In this document: positions 20,561 to 29,844 of the stretch, piece by piece | Layout: each line of letters begins with the position of its first letter | Position numbering within the stretch: the first letter of the stretch is position 1 | NCBI GenBank assembly: GCA_965218795.1 | Contig: OZ244653.1 | Location: 4,960,001-5,024,000 of the forward strand | Length of the DNA: 64,000 nucleotides | Reading direction: 5' to 3' | Origin: a bacterium | Lineage (GTDB): Bacteria; UBA8248; JACPRG01; G963555815 | The notes under the pieces: model-generated | Seen by the model: the letters and a program-made list of their open reading frames with translations, nothing else | Database searches by the model: none | What the model was told of the DNA's origin: nothing | Position numbers and translations under genes: made by a program

Positions 20561-20692
20561 CGCAGTTTCGGAATCCTGCACTGACGTGCCCGTAAAGAAA
20601 GCTGTCAAATGGCCGTGCGCCAGAGGTGATTGAGATGGAGACACTCGACCGCTCAATTGCGGCACGCAAGTGACCAAAAAAGTCCCTCCTGG

Positions 20693-21505
20693 TTAGAGAG
20701 TCCAGCCCTTCCGTTTTCGTCCTTTTGGGGGTGGCAACGGCGCTTTGAGAGCCCGTTCGACCTCATCTCCCAGGCTTTTCCAGATTCGTTTCACCGTCTG
20801 GGCGAAGCGCGGATCGGCCATGGAATCGAAAGAGCGGGGTCTCTTGAGGGGAATATCGATGACGTCCAGAACCCGGCCCGGGCTGGAGGAGAACACCGCG
20901 ATCTTGTCGCACAGGAGGACGGCCTCCTCCAGGTTGTGGGTCACATAGACGAAGGTCTTCTTCTCTTTCTCCCAAAGCTGTTCCAGTTCCTGCCGCATGA
21001 TGACCCGGGCCTGGGGGTCGATTTGGGCCAGCGGTTCATCCAGAAGGATAACGTTCGCGTCTGTTGCCAGCGCGCGGCCGACCCCCGCCCGTTGCTTCAT
21101 TCCGCCGGAAAGCTGCCAGGGATACAGGTGCTCGGTCCCTTGGAGGCGGACCTTCCCCAGAAAAAAGTCCGCGATGCGCTTGTAGACCGGCTTGGTTTCT
21201 CCCTTGACCTCCGGCCCCAGGCCCACGTTACCTCTGGTGTACCGCCACGGCATCAGCGCGAAATTCTGGAAGACCATGGCCGTGGGCGTATCGGTCTTCC
21301 GTTCTCCGATGAACTCGATGGTGCCGGAGGTGGGCTCTTTGATTTCGGCCAGGAGGTGAAGGAAGGTGGTCTTCCCGCACCCGTTGGGTCCGACGACGCC
21401 GAAAAACAGCCCATCGTCGATCGTGAGGTTCACCCCCTTGAGAGCGACCTTCTCATCGCCCCCGTTCTTGTAGATGTAGACGAGATCGCGAAGCTCGATT
21501 CTCAT
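20693..21505 (-). CDS. NitT/TauT-family ABC transporter ATP-binding protein
   Basis: GPNGCGKT, LSGGMKQR, LLDEP, VTHNLEEAV; no partner genes adjacent. Confidence 0.93.
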   Translation of the reverse strand: MRIELRDLVYIYKNGGDEKVALKGVNLTIDDGLFFGVVGPNGCGKTTFLHLLAEIKEPTSGTIEFIGERKTDTPTAMVFQNFALMPWRYTRGNVGLGPEVKGETKPVYKRIADFFLGKVRLQGTEHLYPWQLSGGMKQRAGVGRALATDANVILLDEPLAQIDPQARVIMRQELEQLWEKEKKTFVYVTHNLEEAVLLCDKIAVFSSSPGRVLDVIDIPLKRPRSFDSMADPRFAQTVKRIWKSLGDEVERALKAPLPPPKGRKRKGWTL

Positions 21506-21649
21506 GGATGCGTCTGGCCCCCGGCAGATAGATGGAATAAGGAAGCCTCTTGAGCGGATCCATCGTCTATAATATACAGACCCGCCCGGCAATCGGCGAA
21601 TCGCTTGAACCGTGATCATCGATCCAGCGAAAAATCAGGAGGAGAATCC

Positions 21650-22636
21650 TTGGCGATTGATTTGCATGCCCATTGTGTTCCCCCGGCCTACTTTCAACTC
21701 TTGAAAGAGGACGCACCCAGATTCAACACAACCTATGGCGAAGATGAAGAGGGCCGGCCCTACGTAGAGCACCCCGGACGGGGAAGGGCGCTGTTCACCC
21801 GGGACTTCTGGGATCCGGAGGCCATTGTGGAGCGGCTGGACCGGTACAGGATTGACCGGCAGGTTCTTTCTCCCCCGCCTCAACTTTTCCATTACGACCT
21901 GGCGCCCGAATTGGGGCTTGAGATTGCCAGGCTTTGGAACGATTCGATGGTCGATTTCACCCAGGCCCATCTCAACCGATTCGGCGCACTGGCGTCCGTT
22001 CCCCTCCAGGACCCGCCGGCAGCGGCCGAAGAACTCCGGCGAGCGGTGAAGGCGAAGGGCCTGTTGGGAGTCGAGATCGGGACAAACATCAACGGGACGT
22101 ATCTGGACAATCCCGCTCTGACGCCATTTTTTGAGGAAGCGTCCGCCCTTGGGGTGCCGGTGCTCGTTCACCCCTGGAATCCGCCGGGGGTGGATCGAAT
22201 GGGCGAGTATGCGTTGTTTGAAGTCGTGGCGTTCCCCCTGGACACCACCATTTGCCTCATTCGCCTGATGTTGAGCGGGACGCTGGACCGGTTTCCAGAC
22301 GTGAAGTTCTGTTTCGTTCACGCCGGGGCCTACGTGCCGACGCTGTTGGGGCGTATCCGCCGCGGGATGGAGGTGTATCCCGAATACTCCAGGAATATGA
22401 AGGCAACCCCGGAGGAATACATGAGGAGGCTGCATTTCGACACCATCATCCTGAGTCCCGCGGCCCTCCGAAACGTCATCTCCATCGTAGGGGTGGACAG
22501 GTTCTTCCTGGGAAGCGATCACCCATTTGGGATCGGGGATCCGGACCCCGTCGGTTCCGTTGAATCGGCCAAGCTTCAACCTGATCAACAAGCCGCCATC
22601 ATGGAGGAAAACGCCAAGCGGCTTTTGGGTGAATAA
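21650..22636 (+). CDS. Amidohydrolase family protein (ACMSD/LigW-like decarboxylase)
   Basis: IDLHAH, GVEIGTN, LVHP, VHAGA, LGSDHPF; TTG start after AGGAGGAG. Confidence 0.9.
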   Translation: MAIDLHAHCVPPAYFQLLKEDAPRFNTTYGEDEEGRPYVEHPGRGRALFTRDFWDPEAIVERLDRYRIDRQVLSPPPQLFHYDLAPELGLEIARLWNDSMVDFTQAHLNRFGALASVPLQDPPAAAEELRRAVKAKGLLGVEIGTNINGTYLDNPALTPFFEEASALGVPVLVHPWNPPGVDRMGEYALFEVVAFPLDTTICLIRLMLSGTLDRFPDVKFCFVHAGAYVPTLLGRIRRGMEVYPEYSRNMKATPEEYMRRLHFDTIILSPAALRNVISIVGVDRFFLGSDHPFGIGDPDPVGSVESAKLQPDQQAAIMEENAKRLLGE

Positions 22637-22678
22637 GCGGCCCGTGAAGAAGTTTGTAAATAACTGTAGGCGGCCAAA

Positions 22679-22728
22679 ATACCGTGGTTATCCGTGGGAT
22701 ACCGTGGGATACCGTGGAATACCGTGGA
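22679..22728. repeat. Five tandem approx. 10-bp repeats (ATACCGTGG)
   Basis: CCGTGG at 22682, 22692, 22702, 22712 and 22722. Confidence 0.9.
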
Positions 22729-23005
22729 AAAGTGGCGGTGGGTGCCGTCGGCGCGCTCCGCAATGTGCGCGTGAACGCCTGATCCTGCGGCCCAAAAACC
22801 GACCGTTGCTTTCCTGCCTCAAACGCCTAATAATCGCGTAACAAGCGCCTTTTCCGGGCCAAATGAAAGACATGAGGGGTTTGAACCGCCGTCTTGCCCG
22901 AATGGGCGGACAGGCGCTCCGCTGAGGGTCAGACAGCGCCCTTTGAGGGCCACACAGCGCACCCGGGAGAACACCTGGTCCGCCGGTGCGGCCCCTTTCA
23001 ACCAT

Positions 23006-23406
23006 CACTCCCCCCTTGAGGGGGAGTCGGCAAATCAAGGGCTCAGCCTGCGGATTTTCCGGTGGGGGGAGACGGCCGTTCCGCTTCACGCAACGTAGGC
23101 AGCGGCCCTGTTGCCGGACAGGGACGGAAACCCATGCGGCATGACCTCCTGCTCCATCAATCTTCCCCCCCCTTGAGGGGGAGGCGGCAAATCAAGGGCT
23201 CAGCCTGTAGATTTTCCGGTGGGGGGAGAGGCTGTTCGGCTTCACGCAACGTAGGCAGCGGCCCTGTTGCCGGACAGGGACGGGAATCCATGCGGCACAG
23301 CCTCCTGCCCCAACAACCACTCCCCCCTGCCTGTTCGTCAGACAGGCCTTGAGGGGGAGTCGGCAAGACAAGGGCCCAGCCCGCGGATCTTGCCGGTGGG
23401 GGGAAA
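23006..23406. repeat. Tandem array of REP-like palindromic units (two full 157-bp units plus a partial third)
   Basis: CTCCCCCCTTGAGGGGGAG..GGCAA..CAAGGG..CCGGTGGGGGGA at about 23006, 23162 and 23318, with near-identical linkers. Confidence 0.9.
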
Positions 23407-23743
23407 TCGGGGGTTGTCCGCGTGCTTAACACCTCCCCGCATCACGCACAATCGCACCTTGGGTGGGCGATGCCGTCCCGGCCCCGCTGCCCACGACCCG
23501 CCTCGCCTCGGGAAGTCCTTTCGGCTATGATTCGGGTAGCTGACGAGGACCTTTCGGAGAATCTCGATTAGAAAAGAACCCGATTGAATGCGCCCGTCAT
23601 GGAATGAAATCCGCGCCCGCGTCGGACGATACGGCCGAGAATACCTCCCGGATAAGGGAGGCGAGGGGGGTTGCATTCCCTACAAGCAAGACCCTGACTG
23701 AAAAAGCCCGGGAAAACCGCCATGAAGAAGAGGAAAGCCTGAG

Positions 23744-26209
23744 ATGCCGCGGCTGACGGAGCAGGAACAGCGGGAGATCATCCGTTTCATCGAGGCGGAC
23801 AAGCCGCTGCCGGACAAGTACCGCTTTCTGCTCTTCGAGGAGAAGCGCGAGGTCGAGCTCGTCTGGAACGGCAAGACCGGCGAGGTCTGCAACGTGGTGC
23901 TCCCGTTTCAGACCATCGAGCACGTGGATGAACCGCGGGCGGAAACCCCATCCGACTCCTCCTTGTCAGGGGTAGAGCAACTGGCGTTCCTTTCGACGGA
24001 CAGCCGGGGGCGTCAGCTCAAGGGCTGGACCAACAAGCTGATCTGGGGCGACAACAAGATCATTCTGTCGTCACTGAAGAACGGGCCGCTGCGGGAGGAA
24101 ATCGAAAAACAGGGCGGCCTGAAACTGATCTACATCGACCCGCCCTTCGACGTGGGCGCGGATTTTTCGATGGATATCGAAGTGGGGGGCAACCCCCCTG
24201 TCAGGGGGGACAGTTCCGACTCCTCCCCTGATAAGGGGGTTGAGACCTTCACCAAGAAGCCCAACATCCTTGAAGAAATCGCCTACCGCGACACCTGGGG
24301 CAAGGGCGCGGATTCCTTCATCGCCATGATCTACGAGCGGCTGATCCTGATGCGGGATCTCCTGGCCGAGGACGGGAGCATTTATGTGCATTGTGATTGG
24401 CGGGTGAGTGGGTTCCTACGTTTGGTTCTTGAAGAAATATTTGGCAACGATGCTTATAAGAATGAGGTGACTTGGAAGCGAACAAACGCACACAATGAAA
24501 CTGGCCAATATGGTAGGGTTCACGACACAATTCATTTTCTGACCAAAAAATCGGATGGGTATATTTGGCATCCAGACTCTATCCCGTTTTCCGATGAACA
24601 ACTCGACCGCTACAAAAAAGACGCAGATGGTCGCTACTACACCACTCAAGATCTAACCGCACCGCGACCTGGAAGCTCGTCTGGCAAATTTGAATGGCGA
24701 GGAACAACTCCATCTTCTACACGAGGCTGGGGTTACACTAGAGAACAACTAGAGCAATGGTGGTCAGAAGGGCGCATTGCGACTAAACGTGATGGCACAC
24801 CAAGAATGGATGGCTTAATCGTTTATCTTGACGAAAAAGAAGGGCAAGCTCCCCAGTCGATTTGGCAGGATGTTTCCCGTGTAACCAATACAGGAACTGA
24901 GAGGATTGGCTACCCCACCCAAAAACCAGAAGCCTTACTCGAACGCATCATCAAAGCCTCCTCCAACGAAAGCGACTTGGTGGCCGATTTCTTCTGCGGT
25001 TCGGGCACGACGGCCGCGGTGGCGGAGAAGCTGGGGCGCAAGTGGATTGTCAGCGACCTGGGCAAGTTCGGCCTCCACACCACGCGCAAGCGCATGATCG
25101 GCGTGCAGCGGGAACTGAAAAAAGACGGCCAGGACTACCGCGCTTTCGAGATCCTGAATCTGGGCAAGTACGAGCGTCAGCACTACATCGGCGTCAACCC
25201 CGGCCTGCGCGAGGAGCAGAAACAACAGCAGATCGCGGCGAAGGAAGCCGCGTTCCTGGACCTCATCCTGCGCGCCTACCACGCTGGGAAGGTGGAAAAC
25301 TTCGCCGCCTTCCACGGCAAGAAGGCCGGGCGGCTGGTGGCGATTGGCCCGGTGAACCTGCCGGTGACGCGCCTGTTCGTGGAGGAGATCATCCTGGAAT
25401 GCCGGAAGAACCACATCACCAAAGTGGACATCCTCGGCTTCGAGTTCGAGATGGGCCTGTTCCCCAACGTGCTGGACGAGGCGCGGGCCAAGGGCATTGA
25501 CATCGCGCCCAAGTACATCCCCGCCGAGGTCTTCGACAAGCGCGCGGTGGAGAGGAATCAGGTCGTGTTCCACGACGTGGCGTTCATCGAGGTCAAGCCG
25601 CATATTGAATACGCTCCTGATGTCAGGAGAGACATCTCACCCACGGGGGGATCGAGCGAATACCCTCCAGACAGGGGGGGCAAGGGGGGGCTTGCCACAG
25701 TGGCGGTCGAGTTGACGGATTTCTCGGTGTTCTACTCGCAGGACTCCATCGCAAACGCCGAGGCGGCCCTGTCGGCCAACAAGAAGCCAGGCAGCAGGAT
25801 CGTCGTGGAGAAGGGCGAGATCGTGAAGGTGAGCAAGGACAAGGACGGCGTGATGAGCCGCGAGACGTTGACGGAGCACTGGACGAACTGGATCGACTAC
25901 TGGTCGGTGGATTTCGACTTCGAGAGCAAGCGCGAGATCATCCGCGTCCAAAAAGAACTTTCGCCCGATGAGCAAACCACCCTCGAAGGCATGGGTGATG
26001 AACAGCGAAATCTGCCAGTATGGGAAGAACGGTGGACGGGCGACTACATCTTCGAGAACGAGTGGCAGAGCTTTCGCACAAAAAAGGACCGTTCGCTGGA
26101 ACTGACCAGCGCCGCCCATGAGTGCCCGCCCGGACGACGCAAGATAGCGGTGAAGGTCGTGGACATCTTTGGCAACGATACCATGACAATCGTGGAGGTG
26201 GGGGTCTAA
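23744..26209 (+). CDS. mod: Type III restriction-modification N6-adenine methyltransferase (Mod)
   Basis: [39 protein letters not shown] (beta-class order); extended C-terminus ending [11 protein letters not shown]. Confidence 0.92.
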   Translation: MPRLTEQEQREIIRFIEADKPLPDKYRFLLFEEKREVELVWNGKTGEVCNVVLPFQTIEHVDEPRAETPSDSSLSGVEQLAFLSTDSRGRQLKGWTNKLIWGDNKIILSSLKNGPLREEIEKQGGLKLIYIDPPFDVGADFSMDIEVGGNPPVRGDSSDSSPDKGVETFTKKPNILEEIAYRDTWGKGADSFIAMIYERLILMRDLLAEDGSIYVHCDWRVSGFLRLVLEEIFGNDAYKNEVTWKRTNAHNETGQYGRVHDTIHFLTKKSDGYIWHPDSIPFSDEQLDRYKKDADGRYYTTQDLTAPRPGSSSGKFEWRGTTPSSTRGWGYTREQLEQWWSEGRIATKRDGTPRMDGLIVYLDEKEGQAPQSIWQDVSRVTNTGTERIGYPTQKPEALLERIIKASSNESDLVADFFCGSGTTAAVAEKLGRKWIVSDLGKFGLHTTRKRMIGVQRELKKDGQDYRAFEILNLGKYERQHYIGVNPGLREEQKQQQIAAKEAAFLDLILRAYHAGKVENFAAFHGKKAGRLVAIGPVNLPVTRLFVEEIILECRKNHITKVDILGFEFEMGLFPNVLDEARAKGIDIAPKYIPAEVFDKRAVERNQVVFHDVAFIEVKPHIEYAPDVRRDISPTGGSSEYPPDRGGKGGLATVAVELTDFSVFYSQDSIANAEAALSANKKPGSRIVVEKGEIVKVSKDKDGVMSRETLTEHWTNWIDYWSVDFDFESKREIIRVQKELSPDEQTTLEGMGDEQRNLPVWEERWTGDYIFENEWQSFRTKKDRSLELTSAAHECPPGRRKIAVKVVDIFGNDTMTIVEVGV

Positions 26210-27213
26210 TGGCACAGGCAGACCTGCTGGTCGAACTCGTCAGAAGCGCCAGTAATGGCGACCAACCGACAATCCGCAAAATTGCAGAAACCCTGATCGA
26301 AGAAGAGCGAAGAAAAGGCCATCGGATACTGGCGGACCGTCTCGCTAAGTCCCTGGTGCCTGACAAAATTGCAATGAACCACGGAGTCAATCCCAGACAG
26401 AACAACGGTCGCAACGGGCAACACAAGGAACTGATTTATGAGATCGTCCCGGAACGCGGGATGAAAAGCCTTGTTCTCCCCGACACAGTCCGGGAACAGA
26501 TCCAGGAACTGGTCGAGGAACAGCACCGCGTCGAATTGCTGCATTCTCACAACCTACGCGCGCGTAACCGAATATTGCTGGCGGGGCCACCCGGCAATGG
26601 CAAGACCACTTTGGCTGAAGCCCTGGCGTTCGAGTTGATGTTTCCCCTGATCGTTGTTCGCTACGAGACCCTGGTGGGAAGTTACCTGGGCGAAACTTCA
26701 GCCCGTCTGAAACACATGTTGGATTATGTCAGAACACAGCGTTGCCTATTGTTTTTTGACGAGTTCGAGACACTCGGTAAGGAACGAGGAGATATCCACG
26801 AAACAGGTGAAATCAAGCGTGTCGTCAGTTCACTGCTACTTCAAATTGACGCTCTCCCGGATTATGTGGTCGTAGTGGCGGCCAGCAACCATCCGGAACT
26901 ACTGGACAGAGCAGTGTGGCGACGGTTTCAGTTACGGCTGGAGCTGCCGACGCCGACCCGAGAGCAACTGACCCGGCATATTGAGGCGATTGCGAATCGG
27001 CACCAAGTACGGTTCGGATACAACTCCGAAACGCTCGCAAACCGTCTGCTGGGATTGAATTACGCGGAAGTGGAGGAATTTTGCCTAGGTGTGGTGCGCC
27101 GTGCTGTGCTGGACAAGAGAGCGGAGAATGCAAAAGCCATCACTAAGCGAAAACTGGAACAGTGGCAACAGAGATTGAAGCCAACTCCGGGCACTGGTGG
27201 CGAGGAGAGGTAA
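26209..27213 (+). CDS. AAA ATPase (IetA-like)
   Basis: GPPGNGKT, SYLGET, LLFFDEFE, ETGEIKRVV, LDRAVWRRF; N-terminal EERRKGH.ILADRL. ATG overlaps the mod stop. Confidence 0.92.
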   Translation: MAQADLLVELVRSASNGDQPTIRKIAETLIEEERRKGHRILADRLAKSLVPDKIAMNHGVNPRQNNGRNGQHKELIYEIVPERGMKSLVLPDTVREQIQELVEEQHRVELLHSHNLRARNRILLAGPPGNGKTTLAEALAFELMFPLIVVRYETLVGSYLGETSARLKHMLDYVRTQRCLLFFDEFETLGKERGDIHETGEIKRVVSSLLLQIDALPDYVVVVAASNHPELLDRAVWRRFQLRLELPTPTREQLTRHIEAIANRHQVRFGYNSETLANRLLGLNYAEVEEFCLGVVRRAVLDKRAENAKAITKRKLEQWQQRLKPTPGTGGEER

Positions 27214-27216
27214 ACA

Positions 27217-29844
27217 TTGGCAGAGCAGCCTTTTCATCTTCTGGTCTTCCCCCGCGCAAGGAAGATTCCACCGCCGATGGGAAGCGGGTTTCCACTCAAA
27301 AAACCACATCTGCCAGATCATTCAAGACAAGTCGAGCGGCTGAGTGGGCAACTGGCTGAACTGGAGCAAGAGTTTTCCCGTTACAAGGCCAGCGTCAGCA
27401 CCACTGTGACTGGACTTGAGCCGGAAATGGCGCTGGTTATTGAGATCGCCGGGACCATTGAGGATTTCAAGCAGGCTATCGAGGCCACGGAAGGGCTGGA
27501 ATGGCTTGGAGAATGGGATGTCAAGGAGATGCAACCGGACGAGGACTTCTACGAGATAAACCAGCAGGGGGATAGGCAGGACAAGCCGATGAGTGGCCGA
27601 CTGTTCCTGTTCATGCAGAACGAGAACGGGTTGAGAGAGTTGCTGGCGCTTTGGAACCGCTGGGAAAAAGACCAGATATTACCGAGAGGCAAGACCAAAT
27701 GGCGTGACGTATTCAGCCAGACACGACGAATCCGTCGGTGGGGGCTTGAGGAAACCCTGCGGGAAACAGGGATGATTGAACGTTGGCGAGACCTCCGCGA
27801 TCCGGTCAAACCCGTGGAGGAAGTTCATTGCCAGATTGAGTTGTTTTACCGGAGAAGCCCCGAAAAGCGGAAAGAAGTAGAGGCGAACATCAGAGAGCTG
27901 CTTGAGGAGATCAAAGGTGAAACCTTGAGCCAGTTTCTCGACATGGAAAATATTGGCTTTCACGCCGTCAAGGCCAAGCTTCCTGCCGAACAAGTACGTC
28001 GGCTTTTGGGCTTTCTGGATTCAAACGCTAATGCTCTGAATATTCACTTGTTTATGTTTCCTGGCGTCATGTACTTCCGACCGACAGGGCAAAGCTTGGC
28101 GACAATGGGCGATGAGCCCGGTACGGAAATGGAGTTTCCCGATGGTGCCCCCGAGTCACCCCCAATAGCCGCGATTTTGGATGGCGTTCCAAGTCTGGAA
28201 CATAACGCATTAAGGGGCAGGTTGCTTTTCGATGATCCCGACAACCTGTCCTCCGAGTATCAGCCGGGTGAGAGAAGACACGGTACTGCCATAGCTTCCC
28301 TGGTGGTTCACGGAGAACTTCATAACGGCCAATCCAATCCACTGACCAGGCAGGTGTACTGCTTGCCGGTGATGCAACCAGATGTGGACGCAAGGAAAGT
28401 TGGCAAATATCAAGAGCATATTCCGGATGAGGTTTTCTTCGAGGACCGGATTGAACGGGCCGTGCGGCGTATGTTGGAGGGTGATGGCAACATACCGGCA
28501 CAGGCGGCAGACGTCAAGATAATCAACCTTTCGATTTGTGACCCTGAACGGCCGTTCCTTCACACCCCCAGTCCCTGGGCGAGGTTGCTTGACTGGTTGT
28601 CCTGGAAATACCGGGTGCTGTTCTGCGTAAGCGTGGGCAATTTTGTGGGAGACATTGACGTGGAAACGCCGTATGCCAATTTTGCGGTATTGCTGAACGA
28701 TCAAAAAGTCGATCATACCTTGAAAAGGATTGCCAAACAGCTATCCCAACGGCGTTTGCTGTCACCCGCCGAATCGTTGAACGCGCTGACGGTCGGAGCC
28801 TTGCACAAGGACGAGTCCGGCGGTTACACGCCAGGACAACGCGTGGACCTGCTGCCTGACGACTCACTGTTCAGCCCGATTTCCCGGTTTGGGTACGGCT
28901 TTCGGCGCTCGGTCAAGCCTGAAATTCTGCTCCCAGGCGGTCGCCAACTTTATAGAATGCCCGCTACTAATAGCGAACAACGTTTCTTTCCAGATATGGC
29001 AGTGCAGAACCCCGGGCAGTGCGTGGCATCGGACAACCCGCAGTCCAGGACAACAGTTACCCGGGGAACGAGTAATGCGACCGCGCTTGCGACCAGGGGC
29101 GCTTCGAGGATTTACGAAGTGCTGGCCGACTTGAAACAGCAGCATAATGTCCAGCTTCCGGATAATCTGATTGCAGTCCTCATCAAAACCCTGCTGGTCC
29201 ATGGAGCTCAACAGAACGCCCATGCAAAGGGGACGCTTGCGCGGGCGCTTAAGAATCCGACTAACTCCCGTCGCTTCAAAGCATTGACAGCACGTTACAT
29301 TGGCTATGGGGCCGTGGATGTGGAACGTGTGCTGAATTGCACTCAACAACGAGCTACGGTCTTGGGTAGTGGAGAAATCAGCCAAAACCAAGTCCACGAA
29401 TATCGTTTTCCGTTGCCAATCGGGCTATCCGGCCAAGAGGAATGGCGACGTATGGTCGTAACCCTGGCTTGGTTTTCGCCAATTAACCCTAACCACCGGA
29501 ATCTTCGTGAAGCGAAACTTTCGGTTCAACCGGATAACAAATGGTCGGACGTACCCTTGAAGCTGGCTAGAGTTAACAGTGATCACGATCAAGTCAAACG
29601 CGGGACGGTGCAGCATGAAGTCCTCGAAGGGCAGGACCAAATTTCGGCTTATCGACAAGGCGACCATATCCTGCTGCACGTGACATGCAAAGCCGACGCC
29701 ACTGACAGTTTGGATCAGGCGATTCCCTACGGATTAGCCGTCACGCTGGAAGTCGCCGAGACTGTCAACATTCCCATCTACGATCAAATACGCGTCCAAA
29801 TTCAGCCACCGATAGTCGTTGGTACAAGCGGGTCGAATCCGTAA
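27217..29844 (+). CDS. S8 (subtilisin-like) serine peptidase (IetS-like)
   Basis: Triad ILDG / RHGTAIAS / RGTSNATA; IINLS, RLLSPAES.NALTVGA, VKPE, GYG, RGTVQH. Confidence 0.92.
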   Translation: MAEQPFHLLVFPRARKIPPPMGSGFPLKKPHLPDHSRQVERLSGQLAELEQEFSRYKASVSTTVTGLEPEMALVIEIAGTIEDFKQAIEATEGLEWLGEWDVKEMQPDEDFYEINQQGDRQDKPMSGRLFLFMQNENGLRELLALWNRWEKDQILPRGKTKWRDVFSQTRRIRRWGLEETLRETGMIERWRDLRDPVKPVEEVHCQIELFYRRSPEKRKEVEANIRELLEEIKGETLSQFLDMENIGFHAVKAKLPAEQVRRLLGFLDSNANALNIHLFMFPGVMYFRPTGQSLATMGDEPGTEMEFPDGAPESPPIAAILDGVPSLEHNALRGRLLFDDPDNLSSEYQPGERRHGTAIASLVVHGELHNGQSNPLTRQVYCLPVMQPDVDARKVGKYQEHIPDEVFFEDRIERAVRRMLEGDGNIPAQAADVKIINLSICDPERPFLHTPSPWARLLDWLSWKYRVLFCVSVGNFVGDIDVETPYANFAVLLNDQKVDHTLKRIAKQLSQRRLLSPAESLNALTVGALHKDESGGYTPGQRVDLLPDDSLFSPISRFGYGFRRSVKPEILLPGGRQLYRMPATNSEQRFFPDMAVQNPGQCVASDNPQSRTTVTRGTSNATALATRGASRIYEVLADLKQQHNVQLPDNLIAVLIKTLLVHGAQQNAHAKGTLARALKNPTNSRRFKALTARYIGYGAVDVERVLNCTQQRATVLGSGEISQNQVHEYRFPLPIGLSGQEEWRRMVVTLAWFSPINPNHRNLREAKLSVQPDNKWSDVPLKLARVNSDHDQVKRGTVQHEVLEGQDQISAYRQGDHILLHVTCKADATDSLDQAIPYGLAVTLEVAETVNIPIYDQIRVQIQPPIVVGTSGSNP

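Noticed and set aside
23006-23406. Possible CRISPR array
   Set aside because: The linkers between palindromes are near-identical and too long, and there are no cas genes; this is a tandem REP array.
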